A stretch of 64,000 nucleotides of DNA from a virus, in the IMG/VR virus record IMGVR_UViG_3300030329_005612, positions 3,635 through 67,634 of that record; one strand, written 5' to 3'. Made by a program: the position numbers and the translations under genes. This document shows, in pieces, positions 57,015-64,000 of this stretch. The stretch's first letter is position 1. Every line of letters starts with the position of its first letter. The notes beneath the pieces are model-generated. The model did no database searches. It saw only the letters and a program-made list of their open reading frames with translations, and was not told where the DNA came from.

Positions 57015-57735
57015 AAAATAAAAACCATTGTTATAAAAGTGTGTACAGTATGTTCAATGTTGAAATAATTAAATTATACAACGAAAAAGAAGGAAAAAAT
57101 CAATTAATTTATCTTTACTGCGATAAAAAAAATCATAAGCCCACAAAATATAGAATAGTGTAATATATTCTGTACTATATAGAATGGAAAGAATTCTAAA
57201 TTTTATAGACGAGTTGCTCGAAAAAGCAGAGCACGACGATTACCTCGAGTATCAACGAACACACATGAAAAGTGAAAGCTTTTACACTTATAATTTAAAA
57301 GTTTTAAAAATGATAGTAAAAGAAGAATACGATGAAAAAAACAAAGAAAAAAGACCTCCAAGATAGCTTGTTTATGTCTTTTAAAAGCTTGCACTGGTGG
57401 GAAGAAGAAGTGAAAAACTACTTATATTTTTTTGACAACGCCACTAAAACTAAATATAATAAAAGAATCTTAAAAAGAAACCAACAGGCATATGAATCCC
57501 TAGTCAACAGGGGAAATGTAGAACTAAATATTATAGAAAATATCGAAAAAGAAATTCACAAATATAATGCCCAAAAGAAAAAAAAATAAAATGTATTTAG
57601 TTTTAGCGCGGAATAATAATTACATGCATGGAGTTTTTCCTTACTCAGAAGAAGGAAAAAAACAAGCTGAAGCCTATATAAAAAAAGCTACCCAAGAAAA
57701 AAAAGAAGAATTTTATATACAAGAAAGATAATACC

Positions 57736-57939
57736 ATGAGTAATATTTTTTCAACTGTTCAACCCATTTTGATGTTAGAACTTACAGAGCCAAACGGCAA
57801 CACTGTAATCGTTAACACCGAAAACATTCTTTATCAGCACGTTTCAACAGGGATCGGCACCACTATTACTTTCATCGGAAACGAAGTACTGTCAGTAAAA
57901 GAAGAAATAACCGTGCAGTGGTTACAGGAAAACACCTAA
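57736..57939 (+). CDS. FlbD-like small protein
   Basis: MLELT..NG....VN.E.I...TTIT...G....VKE pattern. Confidence 0.5.
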   Translation: MSNIFSTVQPILMLELTEPNGNTVIVNTENILYQHVSTGIGTTITFIGNEVLSVKEEITVQWLQENT

Positions 57940-58030
57940 CAGAGTAATACTGTCTCAGTCTTATCGGCGTCAATGGTGTGACGCACTGGCACGCCCTGCA
58001 CTAAAAACCTCTTATTTTAGGGTTTTTTAT

Positions 58031-58046
58031 TGGCATCAAAGGTGCT
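58031..58046 (+). promoter_or_regulatory. sigma54-like promoter upstream of hsp20
   Basis: TGGCATC-AAAG-GTGCT with correct GG-N10-GC spacing, 13 nt before the ATG at 58060. Confidence 0.5.
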
Positions 58047-58059
58047 TAATGCTATTACT

Positions 58060-58419
58060 ATGATATTAGCAAATAGATTATTCAATGATGTATTCACCAA
58101 CTGGGACAAAGTTTTTTTCGCTGGCGATTATCCTTGCTGGCACAAAAACCACAACGCTCGAAGCAAAGAATTTGAGGATTCCTATGAGTATTATGTTCCG
58201 TTGCCCGGGGTCAAGAAAGAGGATATAAAAGTTACTCTAAATGATGGAGAAGTACACCTCACTACGAAGAAAGATGAAGGTACTGCCAACTATTCTTTCC
58301 TCATCCCTGAAGATGTGAACTTAATCAAGCAGCCGTCCGCTCGCCACGAGGATGGCCTTCTGACTATTAAATTAAATAAAAAAGAAAGGACCAAAGCCCT
58401 AGAAATAAAGATAAAATAA
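58060..58419 (+). CDS. Small heat shock protein (Hsp20)
   Basis: LPGVKKEDIKV, F.IP and A.HEDGLLTI.L.K. Confidence 0.88.
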   Translation: MILANRLFNDVFTNWDKVFFAGDYPCWHKNHNARSKEFEDSYEYYVPLPGVKKEDIKVTLNDGEVHLTTKKDEGTANYSFLIPEDVNLIKQPSARHEDGLLTIKLNKKERTKALEIKIK

Positions 58420-58458
58420 AATTTGACAAACCCTCAAAAAGAAATTACCATATAGCCT

Positions 58459-58746
58459 ATGACAGAAACTAATCCAAATACTAACGCCCCGAGTGTTACA
58501 ACTGTTAAAACCATCTATGCACGTATTGTGCTGATGCTATTAGCAGCTAACCTTCTTTTTACTGGCTATGTGGTCAATAGCTTGTACAAGAAGCAAGAGG
58601 CACTCACTGAGGGGCAATACCAACAAAGCACGGAGGCTAGCTCCACCACTACACCGCAACCCCCTCCACAGACCGAGGCTTCCTCTGCGGAAAATAATTC
58701 TGTGCCTACTGTAAGTACCCGTAAAACTACGGAACGTTCAAAATGA
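58459..58746 (+). CDS. Membrane-anchored Ser/Thr/Pro-rich protein
   Basis: One TM helix; TTGACA-17-TACCAT 7 nt before ATG. Confidence 0.65.
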   Translation: MTETNPNTNAPSVTTVKTIYARIVLMLLAANLLFTGYVVNSLYKKQEALTEGQYQQSTEASSTTTPQPPPQTEASSAENNSVPTVSTRKTTERSK

Positions 58747-58769
58747 CCAGCAGTAACTCCCTGCACAGT

Positions 58770-58812
58770 ATCCGTCACCCCTCCTTCGGCGAGCGGGGGT
58801 GGCGGATTTTTT
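58770..58812 (+). terminator. Rho-independent terminator
   Basis: atccgtcacccc...ggggtggcggat followed by T-tract. Confidence 0.7.
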
Positions 58813-58851
58813 CTTGACAAACAATTAAAATAGTATTATAGTATTCTTATT

Positions 58852-59133
58852 ATGAGCGACAAACAATACTCAAGCATCGGTGCTCTATGGGCACGAGAAG
58901 CCAAAAGCAATAACCAAAAGTATCTCGCTGGTCATGTAAAGCTTGATATCGACGGAGAAGAACGGTCTGTAAAAGTTGTTGTTTTTCGAAACAACAACAA
59001 GCAATCCGACAGGTCTCCAGACTATCAAATTTACAAAGCACGCCCACCCCAAAACCAAGAGGAGGCTGCTACTGTCAGTGCCTCAACTGCCAGTCCCTCA
59101 ACTGGGGACGATGAAGGGGGTGAGCTTCTCTAG
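58852..59133 (+). CDS. DUF736-like putative ssDNA-binding protein
   Basis: IGALW...YLAG...F.N..K..DRSPDY with acidic tail. Confidence 0.7.
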   Translation: MSDKQYSSIGALWAREAKSNNQKYLAGHVKLDIDGEERSVKVVVFRNNNKQSDRSPDYQIYKARPPQNQEEAATVSASTASPSTGDDEGGELL

Positions 59134-59159
59134 TTAATTAAGTAAATATACTTATCCAC

Positions 59160-59187
59160 ATCGGAAGATTTTCTTCCGATTTTTTTT
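59160..59187 (+). terminator. Rho-independent terminator
   Basis: atcggaaga-ttt-tcttccgat plus T7. Confidence 0.75.
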
Positions 59188-59220
59188 GTCTTTTTAGAGA
59201 ATTTATCATATACTATAAAT

Positions 59221-60315
59221 ATGGATTTTGCCGTTAATGTTCCCCTCAATAGCGTAAGTTTTGGTCAAGTTTCTATTGCGATCTTGAAGGAGCTAAAAAA
59301 GAAAGGCCATAACCCTTCTATTTTTCCTATCTCAGAGAATGTAGACCTCTCTACGCAAGAAGATAACAAAGATTTTACCGAATGGATAACTAGAGGCATC
59401 CAGAAAGCTAACCGTTCCCATAAAAGAGATATGCCCACCTTCAAACTTTGGCATATAAATGGTTCTCTTGGTTCTTTTAGCAAGAATCAAATTTTATTTA
59501 CTTTTTATGAACTTGATCAACCCACTCCTGAAGAAGTTAATATTGTTAAAAACAATTCAAAAGTTTTATTTTCGAGCTCGGAAACTACCCAAATTTATAA
59601 TTTTCTAGGGATTGATAATGTTCACACAGTCCCCCTTGGATTTGATAAAGATAACTTTCACACAAAAGAAAAAACTTACTTCAAGGATAACCGAATTACC
59701 TTTAATGTGGTGGGCAAATTTGAAAAACGAAAACATCACCAAAAGTTAATAAAAGCATGGCTAAAAAAATACGGCAACAAGGAAGGATACTTTTTACAAA
59801 TTTCTGTTTTTAATCCCTTTATAAAACCAGAAGATAATCAAAAAGTTGCTACTATGCTACTTGAAAATAAAAAATATTTTAATGTTAATTTTTATGGCTT
59901 CATGGCTAAGAATAGCTTGTATAATGATTTTTTGAATTCTGGTGACATCATTCTAGGGATGTCAGGGGGAGAAGGCTGGGGTCTTCCTGAATTTCATTCA
60001 GTTGCTATGGGAAAACACGCGGTTATCTTGAACGCTTCCGCTTACAAAGAGTGGGCAAACGAAAAGAACTCCGTACTAGTCGATCCCTGTGGTAAAATTC
60101 CCGTTTATGATAATATGTTTTTCCAAGAGGGACAACCCTATAACCAAGGAAATATTTACAACTTTGACGAAGATGCATTTATTGAAGCTTGCGAAGAGGC
60201 CGTTAAGAGAACTAAAAGTAATAGGGTTAACAAAGAAGGCTTAAAGCTACAAGAAGATTTTACTTACGCAAAAACAACCGATGCTATCTTAAAACATTTA
60301 GAGGATATTCAATAG
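59221..60315 (+). CDS. Glycosyltransferase family 4 (GT-B)
   Basis: VPLGFD, VGKFEKRK and GEGWGLPEF. Confidence 0.88.
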   Translation: MDFAVNVPLNSVSFGQVSIAILKELKKKGHNPSIFPISENVDLSTQEDNKDFTEWITRGIQKANRSHKRDMPTFKLWHINGSLGSFSKNQILFTFYELDQPTPEEVNIVKNNSKVLFSSSETTQIYNFLGIDNVHTVPLGFDKDNFHTKEKTYFKDNRITFNVVGKFEKRKHHQKLIKAWLKKYGNKEGYFLQISVFNPFIKPEDNQKVATMLLENKKYFNVNFYGFMAKNSLYNDFLNSGDIILGMSGGEGWGLPEFHSVAMGKHAVILNASAYKEWANEKNSVLVDPCGKIPVYDNMFFQEGQPYNQGNIYNFDEDAFIEACEEAVKRTKSNRVNKEGLKLQEDFTYAKTTDAILKHLEDIQ

Positions 60316-60662
60316 TGCCAATCTATATTTTTAAAAATCCCCGTACAGGAGAAACAAAAGAAGTGCGCCAGCGCATGACTGAAAAGCATACCTATGTTGA
60401 TGAAGACAATCTAGAGTGGACCAGAGTTTTTATTCCATTAAATTTTTCTATTGATACGCAGCCCGATATCTTCTCTTCCGAGTCATTTGCCGAGACTACC
60501 TCTAACAAAAAAGAAAATATTGGAGACCTCATGGATCGCGCTAAAGAAGCAGCCGAAAAAAGAAAAGACAAATTAGGATATGACCCTGTCCAGAAGAAAT
60601 GGTTTGAAAATTACAGCAAACAACGAAAAGGCAAACGTCACCCTAATGACCCCGCCCAATAA
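60315..60662 (+). CDS. FmdB-like small protein lacking the Cys ligands
   Basis: MPIYIF...TGE..E N-terminus. Confidence 0.55.
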   Translation: MPIYIFKNPRTGETKEVRQRMTEKHTYVDEDNLEWTRVFIPLNFSIDTQPDIFSSESFAETTSNKKENIGDLMDRAKEAAEKRKDKLGYDPVQKKWFENYSKQRKGKRHPNDPAQ

Positions 60663-60786
60663 AATTCAAAAGACCCCTTACACTTCAAAGGGGTCCATGG
60701 ACAAAAAAACCTTCCCACGTCATTTTTTGCTTTTCTTTTGCTTAAAACTGATGTAATATAAGCTAATCGAACAAAGGTTTCGCGCA

Positions 60787-63252
60787 ATGTCCAAAGGTAT
60801 TCAAGTAAAGAAAAGAAACGGTAGGCTTCAAGAGCTTAACATAAACAAGATAAACCGTTGTGCCGAAAGAGCTTGCGCGGAGATAGAAAATGTTTCGGCA
60901 AGCGAAGTAGTACTAGACGCCCACGTTCAATTTTACGATAAAATTCCTACAGCAGAAATTGATAAAGCCCTTATCATGTCTGCGCGTCAAAAAATAGAAA
61001 AGGAACCTAATTATGCCTATGTAGCTTCGCGTCTTTTACTGTTTACTATTCATAAAGAGGTGTTTGGTGAGAGCCGAGATAAAGATGCCTTTGAACACCA
61101 ATATAGACTTTCCTTTATCCGTAACACCAAGAAACTGGCAAAAGAAACCATTCTAGACAACAAGCTTCTAGACTTTGACCTAAAGAAGCTGTCAGAAGCG
61201 TTGGTATTAGAAAGGGACTTTAAGTTTAAATACTTAGGGTTGCAAACTCTCTATGATCGTTACCTTCATCACATTGGTGGTAGGCGCATGGAAACCCCCC
61301 AAGCTTTCTGGATGCGTGTATCTATGGGGTTAGCTTTAAATGAAAAAAATAAAGAACAAAAAGCCATCGAATTTTACAACATTCTTTCTAACTTTTTTTT
61401 ATGTTGTTCAACTCCTACTCTGTTTAATAGTGGTAGCACCCATAGTCAGCTTTCTAGCTGTTATCTTAATACTTTCGATGATTCCATTGACGGTATATTT
61501 GAAGGCCTGTGGCAAGAAGCTAGAAAAAGTAAATTTGCTGGAGGTCTTGGCTTCGATGTTACTAACTTTCGCGCTTCTAATTCTTATGTTAAAGGCACTA
61601 ATGGCAAGTCTTCTGGTTTAATCCCGTGGCTTAAAATTTATAATGATACCCTTATTGCTGTTGATCAAGGAGGCAAAAGGCCCGGGGCAGGATGTGCTTA
61701 CCTTGAGCCGTGGCACTTAGATGTCGAAGACTTTCTCGATCTTAAAAAAAATACAGGTGATGAACGACGTAGGTGTCACGACATGAACACGGCTCACTGG
61801 TTACCAGATATTTTTTTCCGTAAAGTAGAAAAGGATGAAGATTGGTATTTGTTTTCTCCAAGCGATGTAAGAGACTTACATGAACTCTATGGAGAAAAAT
61901 TTGATAAACAGTACAATAAATACTGCAAGATGGCCGATGATGAAGAGATAAGTAATTATAAAATTATAAAAGCCAAAGAGCTTTGGAAAAAAATGCTTAG
62001 AGTTCTTTTTGAAACGGGCCACCCATGGATAACATTTAAAGATAATTCTAATATGCGTTATTCTAACTCTCACGAGGGAGTAATTCATAGCTCTAATCTT
62101 TGTACCGAAATTTTTCTTCACACTAAACCCTCTAAGTTTGACGAGGGACAAAAAACCACAGTAGGTGAAACAGCGGTGTGTAATCTTAGTTCAATAAACT
62201 TAAAAGAACACCTTAAAGATAATGGCAAACTAGATTTTAAACAGCTAGCAAAAACTATTGCACTTCAGATGCGTATGCTAGACAATGTAATAGATTTAAA
62301 CTTCTACCCTACTAAAGAGGCCGAAAAGGCTAATCTAGCACACCGCCCCGTAGGGGGTGGCAGCATGGGGTGGGCAGATGTATTTCATGCCTATAAAGTT
62401 AATTTTTCTTCCGACGAAGCAGTAAAATTTTCTGATGAATTATATGAATTTATATCTTATCATTCTATATTAAACTCTAGCAAGCTTTCTCAAGAGCGTG
62501 GTTCTTATCCTACCTACGAAGGCTCCCTGTGGAGTAAAGATATTTTACCTATTGATACTTATAAAAATTTAATGGATTATTTAGATTGTAAGCCCATTAT
62601 TCATAGAGGAAAGAAATTTATACCCGATTTAGATTGGAAAATAGTCCGCACCCACATTAAAGAACATGGAATGCGTAACAGTAATACCATGGCAATCGCT
62701 CCAACCGCAACCATATCTTATATACAGGGCTGCTCTCCTTGTGTTGAGCCAGATTTTTCAGTACTGTTTGTATATGAAAATAAAAGCGGCAATCTTACTA
62801 TAGTTAACGAGTGGTTTATTAAAGAGTGCAAAGAAAGAGGGTTATGGAATGCCCATATGGTGGAAGCCATAAAATCTGTAGATGGTGACCTCCAAAGACT
62901 AAATGGCGATATCCCCGAAGACCTCAAAGAAAGATTTTGCACGGCATTTGATCATGATCAATTTAAATTAATTGAAAGCGCAGCAGCAAAACAAAAATGG
63001 ATAGACATGGGACAGAGCTTAAACTTGTTCAATAATAAAAATTCATTAAAATATTTAAATGATTTATATTTTCATGCACGAAACCACGGTTTAAAATCCA
63101 CCTACTATTTAAGGAATAAGAGTGCAAGCGAAATTGAAAAAGCTACGATTACTAGTAACACTAGTAATAGTGATACAACTAATAGCAATGATGACCCTGT
63201 TGGTCTTCAAGCTTGTTCGGTCTTAGACCCAACGTGTGAAAGCTGTCAGTGA
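60787..63252 (+). CDS. nrdA: Ribonucleotide reductase class I alpha subunit with ATP cone
   Basis: VKKRNG ATP cone, TPTLFN, SSCY, QGGKRPG, SNLCTEI, APTATIS, TYYLR and C-terminal CESCQ. Confidence 0.98.
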   Translation: MSKGIQVKKRNGRLQELNINKINRCAERACAEIENVSASEVVLDAHVQFYDKIPTAEIDKALIMSARQKIEKEPNYAYVASRLLLFTIHKEVFGESRDKDAFEHQYRLSFIRNTKKLAKETILDNKLLDFDLKKLSEALVLERDFKFKYLGLQTLYDRYLHHIGGRRMETPQAFWMRVSMGLALNEKNKEQKAIEFYNILSNFFLCCSTPTLFNSGSTHSQLSSCYLNTFDDSIDGIFEGLWQEARKSKFAGGLGFDVTNFRASNSYVKGTNGKSSGLIPWLKIYNDTLIAVDQGGKRPGAGCAYLEPWHLDVEDFLDLKKNTGDERRRCHDMNTAHWLPDIFFRKVEKDEDWYLFSPSDVRDLHELYGEKFDKQYNKYCKMADDEEISNYKIIKAKELWKKMLRVLFETGHPWITFKDNSNMRYSNSHEGVIHSSNLCTEIFLHTKPSKFDEGQKTTVGETAVCNLSSINLKEHLKDNGKLDFKQLAKTIALQMRMLDNVIDLNFYPTKEAEKANLAHRPVGGGSMGWADVFHAYKVNFSSDEAVKFSDELYEFISYHSILNSSKLSQERGSYPTYEGSLWSKDILPIDTYKNLMDYLDCKPIIHRGKKFIPDLDWKIVRTHIKEHGMRNSNTMAIAPTATISYIQGCSPCVEPDFSVLFVYENKSGNLTIVNEWFIKECKERGLWNAHMVEAIKSVDGDLQRLNGDIPEDLKERFCTAFDHDQFKLIESAAAKQKWIDMGQSLNLFNNKNSLKYLNDLYFHARNHGLKSTYYLRNKSASEIEKATITSNTSNSDTTNSNDDPVGLQACSVLDPTCESCQ

Positions 63253-63277
63253 CTAAACTAAACCAACGAAATAATTA

Positions 63278-64000
63278 ATGAGTAAAGACGGTCAGTTGTT
63301 AGGTGAAGAAATTGCAGGGGTTAACCAAATTCTCCCCCACAAGCACAAGTTCGCATGGGACTTGTTTATTAAGGGTACTGCCAACACTTGGTCACCCGCC
63401 GAGATAAACATGTCAACCGACATTGACCAATGGAAAGGGGAAGACCTTACCCCCGATGAAAAGTTACTTGTTAAAAGGTGTCTAGGTTTTTTTGCTGGGA
63501 CAGAATCCCTAGTTGGCAACAACCTCCTGCTTAGTGTCAACCGATGGGTGACTGATCCAGAATGCCGCCAATATATCCTCAGGCAAGCATACGAAGAATC
63601 TTTACACAACTGGACAATTGTTACCTGCTGTGATAGTTTTAGATTAAAAGTCTCCGAAGTTTATGAAGCTCATATGAACGTCCCGTCCATAAGGGATAAG
63701 GATAATTTTCTTATGGAGATTACCACTAATGTTAATCGTCCTGACTTTAACACAAAAACAATAGAAGGCAAAAGAGAATTTCTTCGCAACCTTATTAGCT
63801 ACTATACAATTTGCGAGGGAACTTTTTTCTTTAGCGGCTTCGCAATGCTACTTGCTTTAGGCCGTCAAAATAAGCTACCGGGGTTATCAGATCAAATTCG
63901 TTATACCTTAAGAGACGAAAGTCTACACATAGAATTTGGTGCATATTTAATCAATACAATAAAAGAACAATATCCATCGGTGTGGACAAAAAAATTCAAA
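63278..64000 (+). CDS. nrdB: Ribonucleotide reductase beta subunit, class Ic-type (runs off the window end)
   Basis: Hand-translated: NTWSPAEI, LGFFAGTESLVGNN, RQAYEESLH, EGTFFFSGF and RDESLH. Confidence 0.93.
   Translation, partial: MSKDGQLLGEEIAGVNQILPHKHKFAWDLFIKGTANTWSPAEINMSTDIDQWKGEDLTPDEKLLVKRCLGFFAGTESLVGNNLLLSVNRWVTDPECRQYILRQAYEESLHNWTIVTCCDSFRLKVSEVYEAHMNVPSIRDKDNFLMEITTNVNRPDFNTKTIEGKREFLRNLISYYTICEGTFFFSGFAMLLALGRQNKLPGLSDQIRYTLRDESLHIEFGAYLINTIKEQYPSVWTKKFK

Noticed and set aside
59152-59160. Single perfect DnaA box TTATCCACA
   Set aside because: Isolated and expected by chance in AT-rich DNA; not part of the early-region cluster.
60787-63252. Intein or intron in nrdA
   Set aside because: The ORF is continuous, of normal length, and has no splicing or homing-endonuclease motifs.

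Overview
This window is a segment of a large, AT-rich dsDNA bacteriophage genome. It has no rRNA or integrase and no recognisable virion structural genes. Genes run almost entirely on the minus strand from 1 to ~46.2 kb and mostly on the plus strand after that. (i) 1-8.9 kb looks like an early or terminal region. Small genes there have near-consensus sigma70 promoters only 6-9 nt upstream of the start codon. They are separated by seven copies of a bipartite palindromic element (G6-loop-C6 hairpin plus ATAGTACGT-NN-ACGTACTAT), with DnaA-box-like, Fur-box-like and sigma54-like sites. This region also encodes an ArfA-like peptide, a 161-nt tRNA/tmRNA-like RNA and a RuvB homologue. (ii) 9-46 kb holds rIIA/rIIB, two sigma factors, tRNA-Arg and tRNA-Leu, bS21, ThyX, GuaC, dUTPase and dCMP deaminase. 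It also has an ExbB/ExbD-like membrane pair, an amine/polyamine-type enzyme cluster, a manA-like RNA with a second structured RNA, and a ~400-nt promoter-driven structured non-coding region. (iii) 46-64 kb holds a dNMP kinase, a third sigma-like factor, a glycan/sulfation cluster, a serine protease, a metallothionein-like lipoprotein, Hsp20 and a class I ribonucleotide reductase whose beta subunit has class Ic signatures. All product calls come from motif recognition by eye; no database searches were run.
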